A stretch of DNA of 64,000 nt from Octopus sinensis (GCF_006345805.1 NC_043011.1:53456464-53520463), one strand, 5' to 3'; shown: positions 11,670 through 24,690, counted from the first letter of the stretch. Notes: a model not told the origin generated them from the letters alone. A program made the numbers and translations.

Positions 11670-12180
11670 TACACCATAGCTGCCACTGCTACCTTCATCC
11701 TCCTCTTCCTCCTCGTCATCATCATTATCACCACCACCACCACCACCACCACCAGCATCATCATCGTCACCACCACTGCTGCCATTATCATCATCACCAG
11801 TGCCACCACTGCTGCCGCCGCCACCGCCACCACCACCACCACCACCACCACTATCACCACCATCATAATCATCCCCACCACCACCACCACCACCATCATC
11901 ATCATTATCATCATCACCACCACCATCATCATAATCATTATCATCATCGACACCACCATCCCCACCACCACCACCACCACCACCACCACCACCACTACTA
12001 CCACCACAACCCTCATCTTTCTCCTCTCCTCCTCCTCCTCCTCATCATCATCATCATCATCACCACCACTATACCACCACCACTACCATAACCCTTGTCT
12101 TTCTCTCTCTTTTCTCCTCCTCTCCTCCTCCTCCTCATCATCATCATCAGCAGCAGCAGCAGCCATCGCCATTACTGCTC
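11670..12180. repeat. Mixed (CAC/CAT/CCT)n trinucleotide tract
   Basis: Visible directly. Confidence 0.95.
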
Positions 12181-12716
12181 CCATATTTACCAGCATTGAT
12201 GTTGCTGTTGCCTAGCCTCAGGTCATCTATCATTGAACAGGTATGTGATCAAAGGTTCACCTGTCTGTTTTTCAGATGCAAAAGACCTTAGAACCTCATT
12301 ATCTAAAGCATTCTTCCTCTTTTCTTTCAATCAGTAGGGTATGAGCAGGGAAATATTTTAGCTGCTATTTCTAGCAGACAAAGCAACCACATAGTGCCCC
12401 TCTCCCAACTCCTCCTACTACCATTGATGGCTTGCCATCGTTGTTGTTGCTGTTGTTGTTGCTATCACTGCTGTTTTTGCTCTTGTTATTGCTGGTGTTG
12501 ATGATGATGATGATAATGCTGTTATGACTATTTAGCTTCAGGTCAACTTTGATCATTACATCTTTTCCTTTTTGTCCAGACATAGGCACAGGTGTGGCTG
12601 TGTGGTAAGAAACTTGCTTCTCAACCACTTGGTCACAGGTTCAGTTCCTCTGCATGGCACCTTTGGCAAGTGTCTTCTACTAGAGCTCCTGGCTGACTAA
12701 AGCCTTTGAATGGATT

Positions 12717-12718
<2 letters not shown>

Positions 12719-12749
<31 letters not shown>

Positions 12750-12957
12750 TGTGTACAGTGCTCAGGTGCACTACAACTCATCTAAAGTGTATATATAATC
12801 AGGTGTAGTTTCGGCGGATTTCAGAAAGCATGAGGGCCTTAAAGGATGCAGTGTCATGGCAGTCAACAACTGACGCAGGCAGTTTATTCCATGCTTCAGC
12901 AACTCTGAGCGTGAAAAAATGTTTCCGAAAGTCATGGGAGCTGTGTTGTTTTCTGAC
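12719..12957 (-). mobile_element. CR1/L2-group LINE 3' end nested in a SINE A (12585-12977)
   Basis: Minus strand translates RKQHSSHDFRKHFFTLRVAEAWNKLPASVVDCHDTASFKALM, matching the R.FF..RV...WN.LP C-terminal motif; (ATT)n tail. Confidence 0.8.
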
Positions 12958-13002
12958 GAAACTGAAAGAAGCCCGTCATATATATATATATAGAGAGAGA
13001 GA

Positions 13003-13270
13003 GTGCCGCTGGACTGGCTCCTGTACAGGTGACATGTAAAAGCACCATTTGAGTGTGGCCATTGCAAGTACCACCTGACTGGCCCTCATGCTGGTGGCAC
13101 GTAAAAGCACCCACTACACTCTCAGAGTGGTTGGCATTAGGAAGGGCATCCAGCTGTAGGAACTCTGACAGATCAGATTGGAGCCTGGTGCAGCCATCTG
13201 GCTCACCAGTCCCCAATCAAACTGTCCAACCCATGACAGCATGGAAAGCAGACATTAAACGATTATGATG
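13003..13270 (+). mobile_element. Family F non-autonomous RTE-related element
   Basis: GGTTGGCATTAGGAAGGGCATCCAGCTGTAG module plus CATGGAAAGCAGACATTAAACGATTATGATG tail. Further copies at about 19640-20055+, 21737-22190-, 30890-31165-, 36715-36905-, 38040-38265-, 40495-40675+, 53960-54215-, 58521-58686-. Confidence 0.75.
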
Positions 13271-13272
13271 GG

Positions 13273-13445
13273 GAGAATTCACGATAAAACAAAAGACGAA
13301 GACAGGTAATGTAGACAACAAACAGATGTTTTAGTTTAACACTCAGGAAGTGAAGAAGTCTTTAATGTTTCGAGCCTATGCTCTTTCACAGAAAGGAACA
13401 CAGAAAGAAACAAGGAGAGAAAATAAAGAATGTGTGGTGGCTAGC
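13273..13445 (-). mobile_element. Penelope-like pLTR fragment with degenerate hammerhead
   Basis: Minus 13395-13360: CTTT CTGTGAA A GAGC ATAG GCTC GAAAC ATT AAAG; related to the 44108-44325 element. Confidence 0.55.
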
Positions 13446-14231
13446 AGTATGTATGTATGTATGTATGTATGTATGTGTGTGTGTGAGTGTGTGTATTTGT
13501 GTGTATGCATGTGTGTGTGAGTGTCTTTGTGGTTGTGTTTGTTCCCCATTATTACTTGACAACTGATATTGGTTTATTTATGTCCTCATAACTTAGCAGT
13601 TCAGCAAGAGATATTGATAGAATGAATACCAAGCTTTAAAAAAATAAGTCCTGCGGGGTGAGGTGTGGGTAGTTGATTCTTTTGACCAAAAATTCCTCAA
13701 GCTGGTGCCCCAGCATGGCCACAGTCCAATGACTGAATCATGTAAAAGATAAAAGATAAAAGACAGACAGAGGAATGGTTCAGCAGTTTGCTTCTCAACC
13801 TGATCGCTTCTGGTTCAATCCCACTGCTGGGCACCAATGAGCAAATATCTTCTACTAAACACCTCGTTCAACCAGTGCTTTGTGAGTGGATTTAGTAGAT
13901 GGAAACTGAAAGAAGCCCATTGTATACATAGTATGCGACAGATTAGCATCCCATAGAGAGAAAACTGGTCTGTTGCAGGATTACCTGTGAACAGACCTGT
14001 GATCGAATACATTCTAGTAGTGACCCCTCTGTGTTTTTCTTATGAGCAAGGAACCCAAGCCCTTGTTATCAATGTGTTCCTTTCTAAGAGAGTAAAGATG
14101 TGATTTGAGGGTGATTTGACTGCTGTTTATGACATGTCCAGTGGTCATGTTAAGTTCCCATCCAATCCCTCTTTGACTTGACTTGAACTTCCAATGTTGA
14201 TGCTGTTGCAGTTGTTTATGAAATAGTCCTA

Positions 14232-14235
14232 GTTA

Positions 14236-14280
<45 letters not shown>

Positions 14281-15470
14281 CAGCAGCAGCAGTAGCAGCA
14301 GCAGCAGCAGTGGTAGTGATAGTGGTGGCGGTGGTGGTGGTGGCGGCGGTGATGGTGGTGGTGGCGGTGGAGGTGGTGGTGGTGGTGGCGGTGGAGTGGT
14401 GGTGGCGGTGGAGTGGTGGTGGTAGTGGTGGTGGTGGTGGTGGTGGTGGCGGTGGAGGTGGAGGTGGTGGTGATGGTGGTGGTGGTGGCAGTGGTGTTGG
14501 TGGTGGTGGTGGTGGCGGCGCTGGAGGTGGAGGTGGTGGTGATGATGGTGGTGGTGGCGACGGCGGTGGTGGCGGCAGGGGCGATGGCGACAGCGGCCGC
14601 AGTAGCAGCAGCATTTGTTGTTGTTGTTATCATCTATCCAGTCATCTCTGACCGGTTTCTGGTCAAGCAAGACCAACAACATGGAGACAACAAAACCAGT
14701 ATATCGGAATACATTAGATTTAGGCAGATAATACATATGACTCTCAACCATATATTTATACGAAAACATATGTCCAAATTAAAGACCGTTTGTTAGACAA
14801 TAAAAACAGCATGATAATTTGTTGCTAAATATTCTGTACATACATTTTTATGCTGTATATTTGAGATCCATTCTTCCAGACATAAAAAGTTATAGCACCG
14901 ACTATTTGGTGAATCGTTGCTTGCTCCCCGTTGTTTAATGTCTCATTTACATGAGCTAAGACTGAACAGCCTTGGTTCATATTCGACTGTTATTCCTCCT
15001 CCTCCTCCTCCTCCTCATCATCATCATCATCATCATCATCCTCATCCTCATCCTCATCCTCATCATCCCCCTCCCCCTCCTCCTCCACCACCACACCGCC
15101 GTCGCCACCACCGCCACCACCACCATCACCACTTCCGCCTTCGCCCCTCCTCCTCCTCCCCTCTCCCTCTTTTCCTCTTCCTCCTCATTATCATCATCAT
15201 CATCGTTATTGTTTTTATAGACGCCATAGTTATCATCACTGTTATTGTCATCATCATCATCATCATCACTGTCGTCATTGTCTTCATTGACATTGTCGTT
15301 ATCATGGTTATTATTGTCATTACCACGATAATGATAATGATGATGATGGTGATGATGATGATGACCATCATCATCATTAGCAGCAGCAGCAGCATTGTCA
15401 TCGTCATTGTCATGATGATTTTCATCATCATCTTTGTTGTGGCCATCATTATCAGCATTGTCGTCGTTGT
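14232..15470. repeat. Trinucleotide low-complexity tracts (14232-14630 GGT/AGT/AGC; 14995-15470 CCT/CAT)
   Basis: Visible directly. Confidence 0.95.
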
Positions 15471-15531
15471 TCAAAAGGGTCGGCCTTGTCACAATCTGTG
15501 TCACACTGAATCTCCCTGAGAACGATGTTAA

Positions 15532-15759
15532 CCCTTTAGTGTTCAGATTACTCTGTTAAATGTAATACTTTTTTGCTCAAATTGTTTTGAATTAATCAAG
15601 CATTATCTTATAGCTTTGAGGTTTCAATGATGTGATTGCTTATTTTTAGAATGTCAATGTAGGTTAGGTGTGAGAGCCCTGATCTGGTCAGTTTAAACAT
15701 AAAATAGGTAGAAAACTTCAGCCGGATATGGCCATATGGCCAGTTTAAACACTAAAAGG
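15532..15759. mobile_element. piggyBac-type MITE inserted into a SINE D tail
   Basis: TIRs CCCTTTAGTGTT / AACACTAAAAGG; TTAA on both sides, duplicating the TTAA of the SINE D sequence GAACTACGTTAAGGGTAC. Confidence 0.85.
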
Positions 15760-16181
15760 TTAAGGGTACACTTGTCTGTGGAATGCAAGATGGCAAAAGA
15801 GATGCACCGGAACAGACATTCTAATTCATAGGGCTGTCACTTGTGGACAGCCATTTCCACCCTGATAGCAGTGAGCAGGGGTTTTGTCCAGGGGTGGTTC
15901 GGCCAGAAAACTGTCAGAGAGCCACCAAAGTGGATTTTTTTTGTAGCCTGACAAGCTGTGGAGCCTAGGCTGGTGGCTGAACACATCAAGGCAATGTCAC
16001 GGCTTGTGGCAGGGCCCGCTGTCACGGAAATGGGAAAACCATTATCAGTCCATATTGTAGAAGAATCTTGTAGAAAACTTTTTACACATCTTTCTGTCTA
16101 TGATTTAGAACTCTTGAACTCTTGTAGTGTTGAATATGTTTGTATAGCAACTCATCAAAATGTATCACTATACCTTCTTTC

Positions 16182-16191
16182 ATACACACAC

Positions 16192-16238
<47 letters not shown>

Positions 16239-16582
16239 ACACACACACACACATGCACACACACACACACACACATACACATGCACTCTCTCTCAAACTC
16301 TCACACACATATACACTCACTCTCTCTCTCTCTTTCTCAAACTCACACACACTATCTGTTTCTCTCAAACACACACACGCACACACACACACAGACACAC
16401 ACACACTCACACTCTCTCTCTCTCTTTGTGTGTGTGTGTCTCTCTGTCTCTCTCTGTTCCTGTCTCTATCTTTCTTTCTCTCTCTCTCTCACACAGACAC
16501 ACACTCTCTCCTTCTCTCTCTCAAACACATACATACACACACACACACTCACACACTCTCTCTCTCCCTCACACACACACAC
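16182..16582. repeat. (CA)n/(CT)n compound microsatellite
   Basis: Visible directly. Confidence 0.95.
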
Positions 16583-17984
16583 GGTAATAATTCTTTTTGT
16601 TCATTCAGTCATGCACACACTTCTTATTGAAAAACATAGATGTTGTCTTACTTTGAAACATTCAAACTGAAGTTTATTTAAACTAAATCCTTTCTTACCA
16701 ACTATTTACTTGATTGAATTAAATTGTTATTTTGTTGTTGGTAAGATTCGTCTTTAATGTTCTGTATCCTTGCATCACTTATTTCCTTTTTACTTATTTC
16801 ATTTATACAGAGTATGACATGACGCTCTTTCTCAATATTTTATCGAATTTGTGTCGTTGGTCCCTATTTTATGTTGGTCTCCTTGACTCCCCGCAAAAAT
16901 TTTGTTCTTACCTTTTTCAGTTGTAACTGGTGCAACTATTTCTTAGCACCTTAGTATTATTTTGCACTTTTGTTTCACCACTCAATGAAAAACCAAACAA
17001 CATGGGTCTTATTCAACAAATGATGTGAACAAAATGCTGATAAAGACCTGACTTCATAGTTTGAAACACAGATAGGAGGCATTTTCACACCTTTGTCCCA
17101 GCTGGAGATGGATGATATAGACAAAGTGAGTCTTTCAAAGAAACAACAAATGAAATAACAGAAGAAGCCATTAGCTTTGAAAGCGAGTGATGGGCCTACT
17201 ATCAGAAAAAAGCGTCTGTAAACAAAGGCAAAAAGCTAGAACAGAAATATCGAACAACCCAGACGATATTATCAAAGCTGAATGATACAAAGAACTGAAC
17301 AAAGCAGACAAAACAGCAGTGAAATAAAAAAATTTTAAAATGGAAAGAAAAAAAATCTATAAGGAAAATAGAACTACTAGAAGCTGACTTTAAGAATAAT
17401 AATAGTCAGAACCTTTTCAAGTCAGTCCATGAAACGGAGGGAAAGAGCAGACGAGTATACTGTGTTATCGAAGACGAAAACAAACAACTACATACAAACG
17501 TAGTCCGGGTACTTCAATGATGGAAAGATCATTTCATACAACATCTTAGCACTAAATTCCTGCACAATCTTGAAGGAATATAAGAAATCCTAATTGATCT
17601 ATTTGTTGTGGATACTCTTGTAGAAATAGGAAAAGAAGTAGAAAAGGTAATTAAAAAAAAAATGAAAATCCATAAATTGACCGGTATTGATGTCATCAGG
17701 GCTGAAGTGTAGCAGAAGGAAAGCACATGGTTTATATCAATCATGGGCAACATGAAATCCATGGGACTTTCTTAATGGCATGCCTAATGAAAAATACTTC
17801 AAATTTTTATAGTAGTGTGGCCCACCTGATGAAGAGCCATGTTTAATGTGGCCCAGCCTGCTTCTCAAAAATGGCTACTCATGCTTGGTTTATATTTTAT
17901 ACATAACATTTCAAATAGTTTGGAATAATAGCAAAGATACCAAAATATTGAACCCATACACTGTTATATAAAAAAAGGGCGGTG

Positions 17985-18305
17985 AAGGTTCATGGCTTAG
18001 TGGTTAGGGCATTTGGCTTATGATTGTAAGGTCGTGAGTTCAATTCCTGGTAACACTCTGTGCCCTTGAGCAAGACACTTTATTTTAGGTTGCTCCAGTT
18101 CATTCAGCTGGCAAAAACAAGTAGTACACATACTTCAAAGTGCCAGCCTTGTCACAATCTGTGTCACACTGAATCTCCCTGAGAACTATGTTAAGAGTAC
18201 ACTTGTCTGTGGAATGCTCAGCCACTTGCATGTTAATTTCACAAGAAGATTGTTCCGATGATCGAATCAACTAGAACTCAAGTCATCATAAGCGATGGAG
18301 TGCCA
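17985..18305 (+). mobile_element. SINE family D
   Basis: tRNA head TGGCTTAGTGG / GAGTTCAATTCC; CCTTGAGCAAGACACTT core; CCTTGTCACA...GGAGTGCCA tail. Relatives at 20243-20600+, 31200-31535+, 31660-31975-. Confidence 0.8.
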
Positions 18306-18792
18306 TATATAAAGAATGGGTGTCAGGTACTTGTGAGAGCCTCTTGATTTAAGAACAGTTCTCCTTGATAGAATATTAAATAAAAACTAAACAAGTGACA
18401 GGAGAGAGTAAGTTTGGTTTTAGCTTATAGACATTTTGTTGATGCCATTTCCATAGTAAGACAGATCATTGAGAAGACAAAAGTACATCAAGTGTCCTTA
18501 CATTTCAACTTTATTAACTTTAAAGCTGCATTTGACATAATCTACTGGAAGGCCCTGTTGAAGATGACATCAGGTAGACCTCAACGCTGTGTAAATTATA
18601 GATGTGCCATGGTTGAAGATTGTGACCTGAGAACTCAGTATGAAGTACCAAGTTATTTGCTAAAATCCATCCTTTTTTAATATCTTCCTTGAATTTCTCA
18701 TGAATGAATAATAAACTTGGATATAAGTCAGGCATTTGCTGGAGTTCTTATCATAGTTATTAGACATTCTGATGATGCAAGCCTAAGATCTT

Positions 18793-19002
18793 ATTTCTTT
18801 ACTACCCACAAGGGGCTAAACATAGAGGGGACAAACAAGGACAGACAAAGGAATTAAGTTGATTACATCGACCCCAGTGCATAACTGGTACTTAATTTTA
18901 TCGACCCCCGAAAGGATGAAAGGCAAAGTCGACCTCGGTGGAATTTGAACTCAGAACATAATGGCAGACGAAATACTGCTAAGCATTTCACCTGGCGTGC
19001 TA
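18793..19002 (-). mobile_element. SINE family B
   Basis: Reverse complement of the 39174-39405 sequence. Confidence 0.9.
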
Positions 19003-19409
19003 AGATCTACAGTCTTTGATAAACTGAAAATATTCACTGAACAGTTTGATAAAGAATGTCAAGAAATACAGTATGAAAATAATTGATGCAAAGTGCAAGG
19101 TCTTTCCACTTCTGGCAAGGAAATTACCATAATGGACAGTTGTGAAGTAGAACATATCGTGGAGTTCATGTTTCTTATTAATAATGTTTCATACAGAATA
19201 GAAGGTATGAAACAACAGCACATCTGCAGTATTTGGAAGACTAAGAAATACAATGTGGAAAGAGGTAGGATATCTGTCAGTGACTCAATAATAGGTATAC
19301 AACAGTTTGATGCTGTATCAGGGGTACTCTTGCGAGTCACTTTATCAGCATCTCTATATCCATGCTTATTTGGGAGAGTTGGTTTTCCCAGTGCAAAACA
19401 TTGTCAGTT

Positions 19410-19458
<49 letters not shown>

Positions 19459-19465
19459 CCATCAC

Positions 19466-19535
<70 letters not shown>
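19410..19535. repeat. (CAT)n microsatellite
   Basis: Near-perfect tract. Confidence 0.98.
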
Positions 19536-19536
<1 letters not shown>

Positions 19537-20187
19537 CTTGTCATTTCTTTTGTGAGGTTCATAATCTCGTGACCTGTTCCCATCATTTCCATGTCTTCTT
19601 GTTCCGTAGGGCAATCTTGTTCCATCGGACAGCTGCCCAAGCTTAGAGTGCTTGGGCAGCGGTTGTCATCGCAGACCTAGGAAGATGTGGGACGAAGTGA
19701 TGAGAAAGGATCTTCAGATACTGGGCCTCACTGAGGAAACGACAAGGGGCCGGGAGTTGTGGAAATTTGCTGTACTTGGGAAGACGTGTCAAGCCAAGTA
19801 AAATCACTGCCATCCATACATACAGGCTGGTGCCACGTGAAATGCACTCAAGCCAGTGCTTTGTGTATGCAACTGTATGCAAAAATAAACCCAGTACACT
19901 CTGTAAAGCAGTTGGCATTAGGATGGGCATCCACCTGCAGGAACCATGCTTCAAGAGACAATTGGTGTCTGGACAACTCCCTGGCTGGCCACCCCCTGTC
20001 AAACTGTCCAAACCATGCCAGCATGGAAAACAGATGTTAAACAATGATGATGATAATGTTACATATATATATGTGTGTGTATATGTATGCGTGTGTGTGT
20101 ATATATTTATATATGTATGTATGTATGTATGTATATATATATGTGTTTATATATATGTATGTGTATATATATATGTTTATATATATG

Positions 20188-20218
<31 letters not shown>

Positions 20219-20622
20219 GCATATACATATATATGTGTGTATAGGGTAGCAGACTTGCAGTCATGGGATTGCAGTTTCAATTTCCTGACCGGGGAATTGT
20301 GAGTGTTTATTGAGCGAAAACACTTAAAGCTTCACAAAGCTCCAGCAGGGGATGGTGGCGAACCCTGCCGTACTCTTTCACCACAACTTTCTCTCACTCT
20401 TTCCTCCTGTTTCTGTTGTACCTGTATTTCAAAAGGGCCAACCTTGTCACATTCTGTGTCATGCTGAATCTCCTCGAGAACTACGTTAAGGGTACATGTG
20501 TCTTTGGAGCACTCAGTCACTTGCACATTAATTTCACGAGCTAGCTGTTCCGTTGATCGGATCAACTGGAACCCTTGTTGTCATAACCAATGGTGTGCCA
20601 CGATATATATGTATATATATAT

Positions 20623-20952
20623 ATATTAGAAGGTTTGGAGTTGATGTACAGGTATTATATATTAGAAGAAATGAGGTACTCAGAATTTGGGATGGTTTTA
20701 TATTTACAGATATTTATTAGTCTGTTACATGTTTTTATACATCTTATATCATATATTAGCGCTTTCGTCCATTCTAGTGGAGTCTTCAAATTGATCAATT
20801 TGAAGACTCCACTAGAATGGACGAAAGCGCTAATATATGATATATAAAACATGTAATATACAAATAAATCTCTGTAAATATGAAACCATCCGGATTTCTG
20901 AGTACCTCATTTCTTCTAATATATAATACATCAACTCCAAACCTTCTAATAT
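20623..20952. mobile_element. Head-to-head inverted Penelope-like pLTR pair (long palindrome)
   Basis: Perfect 100-bp palindrome 20745-20844 with imperfect arms to about 165 bp each; each arm carries TTGAAGA C TCCA CTAGAA TGGA C GAAA GCGC TA; embedded in (TA)n. Confidence 0.7.
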
Positions 20953-20959
20953 ATATATA

Positions 20960-21043
<84 letters not shown>

Positions 21044-21136
21044 ATGTATGTATACATACATCTATATATGTATCTATGTATATATATTTATATCTATCTA
21101 TTTATGTATGTATGTGTGTATGTATCTATCTATCTA

Positions 21137-21195
<59 letters not shown>

Positions 21196-22516
21196 GTCTG
21201 TCTGTCTATCTAGCTGTGTAACTTAAACTAGATGCAAGTTCATCATGTTACCCTCTTCATACTCACAAGAATAAAGAAACATTGCCCTGACAATGTTTTC
21301 TAGTTCACTGACTGCTGAGCAGTGAGCAAGCACCCCTCACTCCTCTCCCACAAGAGAGCTTATAGCAAGTAACTATTTAAATCAAGCACAAAGTGGAACT
21401 TAGTCGCTGTGGCCATATTGGACTGTACACGATGTATTTGTTGACAGTTTGATTAATTATTAAATATGTAGTTATGTACAACACAGAATGTATTAGAAAA
21501 CTTGTGAATAAGCTCAAGGCTTCAAATCATTAGTTTAACTACACTAAATTTATCATATCTCTCCTGTTTATATGACTGTGTGGTTAAAGAAGTTCACTTC
21601 AGATCTACATAGGTAGGGGTTCAATCTTACTGTGTGAATATTGCTGGCTTGTGGCCTACACTATAGACATGGGCCTTCCAATATTTTATGAGTTTATGAG
21701 GTAGATAGAAACTGAAGAAGCCTGTCATATATCAACATCATCATCATCATCATCATCATCATCACAATTTAACGTCTATTTTTCCATGCTGGTATGGGTT
21801 GGACGGATTGACAGGCGCTGACCAGGTGAAGGGCTGCTTAGGCTCCCTGTCCATTTTGTCATGGTTTCTATGACTGGATACCCTTCCTGACATCAACCAC
21901 TTTACAGAATATACTGAGTGCTCTTACACAGTACTGGCATGGGTGCTTTTTACATGGTACCAGCACCTATGAGCCCACAAGAGATGCTCAGCTGGAGAGG
22001 GTTGCAGGAGATGAGCTTGTATGCAAGGGCAACCACATTTTTACGTAGCTTGACGTATCTTTTCAAGCGCAGCAAAATGCCAAGAGTTTTGGTCCTCTGT
22101 CATCCCAGCATCCGTAGATCTTTTCTCACCACTTCATCCCACATTTTCCTGAGTCTACTCCTTCCACATGTTCTCTCTTCAATTAATCGTTGAGAGGATG
22201 CTTGTGTTGCCATGGCAGAGGTTTGTGCTCTCTGAGTGCTCTTGTTTAAAATTGGGCTTAGAGTGAGATTTGGCTGCTGTTTCTAATAGGTCAAGCAACT
22301 GCATGAAGAGGCTCTCTCTCTCTCATGGCCGTACTAAAGCCAATATGCGACATGTCAAGAATTTGTCAAGAATACATTACTGGAAGCCATTGTCCAACCA
22401 AACAGATGGAGGTGTCAGGTTAGATACAAATTTATGATTGCTAACCACTAATCTATTTCATATTTAGTATAAGTTTGAACATAGTACATATGTAAGTTTC
22501 CTTGCTTTACCTAGAA

Positions 22517-22545
22517 CATGGTGGTGATTGATGGTGATGAATGAT

Positions 22546-22589
<44 letters not shown>

Positions 22590-22779
22590 ATGATGATGAT
22601 GGTGGTGGTGGTGGTGGTGACAGCAGTCGTAGCAGCTACGACAACAATGATGATGATGGTGATGGTGGTGGTGGTGGTGGTGGTAGTAGTTGCAGTGGCG
22701 GTGGTTGCAGTGGTGGTGGTGGCAGTGGTGGTGCTGGTGATGATAATGATGATGATGATGATGATGACAATAACGATGC

Positions 22780-22811
<32 letters not shown>

Positions 22812-22935
22812 ATGATGCCACTGCCGCTGCCGATGATCATTACGGTGATGATGACGAAGATGATGATGATGATGTTAATGATGATGGTGATGATGATGAT
22901 GATGGTGATGATGACGATGATGGTGATGATGATGG
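22517..22935. repeat. (GAT/GGT/GCT)n tract
   Basis: Visible directly. Confidence 0.95.
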
Positions 22936-22961
22936 ATATCATGTCAGTTTCAATATATGGT

Positions 22962-23267
22962 AAATACAGTTCTATATTTAAGAGATGAGGAATTGTGTAC
23001 ATTATTTACATTATGCCCATGGGCATATGGCGTAGTGGCTAAGAGTGTGGGTTACTAACCCCAAGATTCTGAGTTCAATTCCAGGCAGTGACTTGAATAA
23101 TAATGATAATAATAATAACATCGAAAAATACCTTAGGAATGAGAACCCAGGTTTGAAATTTCCCTAAGACACCTGAAGAAGGCTGGAGGGTATATCAGCC
23201 GAAACATTGTTTGACAACAAACAAGATGAGGACAAATATCCGTCGAATGTAAATAATGTAAATAATG
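22962..23267 (+). mobile_element. Family C SINE with inverted tail copy
   Basis: Inverted tail 22965-23011; junction palindrome ATGCCCATGGGCAT; tRNA head; hammerhead 23168-23212; TSD TCAATATATGGT (22950-22961) / TCAATATAGGGT (23268-23279). Confidence 0.85.
23168..23212 (+). ncRNA. Minimal type-I hammerhead ribozyme motif (family C)
   Basis: GACAC CTGAAGA A GGCTG-GAGGGTATAT-CAGCC GAAAC ATT GTTT: conserved CUGANGA and GAAA boxes with a perfect 5-bp stem II. Confidence 0.7.
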
Positions 23268-23516
23268 TCAATATAGGGTGTTCCAATTGTTCAATCAATG
23301 AAGCTATTTTAATTAAAAAAAAAATTTGTTGTTGTTTTGAAGTATAAATGACTGAATGTATGATAGACACTACTTGCACGCTTAAATATTATAGTCAGGC
23401 AGACTCAGAGTAGTCGTTACATTAACCCTAGTACTTCACTGGTACTCTGTTTTATTTATTTTATTTATTCTCCCCAGAAGGAGATGCTCTAGCTATTCTG
23501 CCAGCTAACCACCTTG

Positions 23517-23602
<86 letters not shown>

Positions 23603-23644
23603 CACCACCACCACCACCACCACCGACAACAACAACAACAACAG

Positions 23645-24690
23645 CAACAGCACAGTACTGACCTTGTCTGCAGAATTCATATTTTTTCTGTCCAGATGAT
23701 TTTGAAGACATATTCGCAGGACATTGTTCAGATGGAGCAATGTCCTGCGAATATGGTGGATGGGGTATCATTTCCCATTCAAACTGCTCCAGCCTTTGGA
23801 ATGTCATCCTCGTTGTATGTGGCTGAGCATTATCCTGATGGAAGAACACCTTTCGCTTTGAAACCAAAACTGGTCGTTTTTCTTCTAGTGCTGACTTAAG
23901 CCACTCAAGCTGCTCACAGTAAATCTCCTTTGTTATTGTTTGGTTTGGGTTTAAAAGTTCAAAGTGGACTAAGCCTTTCATATCCCACCAAACAAATAAC
24001 AACACCTTACATGGGTGAAAGCCTTCTTTAGCCTGGGGTGCCATTGTTTCTCCTTTCCCTACCCACAGTCTTCGGTGCTTGACATTTTTATAGAGAACTC
24101 ATTTCTTGTCACTAGTCATTATTTGGTTCAAAAATGGTTTATTTGTGAGACCTAGCTGCAAAGAAGAGCAGACATTCACTCTCTGCACATGATTAGATTT
24201 GGAATGTTTGTGAGGAACCCATTGATCCAATTTACTGACTTTTCTGATGACATGTAGATGTTGATGAATGGTGGAATGACCAAATCCAAGCTTCTCTGCT
24301 AGTTTCTCAACAGTTATGATAGGATTTTGTTCTACCAGAGTTTGCAGGACGTCCTCGTTGAGCTCTACAGATCTTCTAGGATGAGACTTGCCTTCTAGGC
24401 TGTAGTTTCCGGCTCGGAATTTCAGGAACCACCGTTGACACTGGCTTATGCTTATTGTCCGATCCCCATATACTGCATTAATATTCCTTGCACTTTTCAT
24501 TGCTTTGTTGCCTTTATTGAACTCAAAAAGCAAAATATGCTGAACATGCTCCTTTGTCACTTTCATTATAACTTTGAAAAAAATAACTGTTAATGTCAAA
24601 CTGCACTCTTCAAAACTTGCACTAAGAATAAGGTCAAGGTAATATTACTACCTGCTTTTATACTAGGTTGATGCAGGTAGTTTATATCCC
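23645..24690 (-). pseudogene. Mariner (D,D34D) transposase relic, copy 1
   Basis: ORFs 24099-24599 (HTH, WVPHK, MTSDKK) and 23505-24044 (WWDMKG, FHQDNAQPH, HPPYSQDIAPS); internal stop; 3' end truncated. Confidence 0.92.

Larger units (their letters stand above)
17050..19250 (+). pseudogene. Decayed RTE-clade LINE reverse transcriptase relic, interrupted by SINEs
   Basis: Fragments WKDHF, KLTGIDVIRAE, FVDAISIVRQIIEKTKVHQVSLHFNFINFKAAFDII (RT FIDF.KAFD motif), EVEHIVEFMFL; many stops and frameshifts. Confidence 0.75.

Noticed and set aside
23021-23096. Possible tRNA gene with ACT anticodon loop
   Set aside because: Acceptor stem does not pair well and it is always fused to the family C body; it is a SINE head.
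23505-24599. Domesticated SETMAR-like or active transposase gene
   Set aside because: Stops, truncation and three independently decayed copies indicate TE relics; no SET domain.
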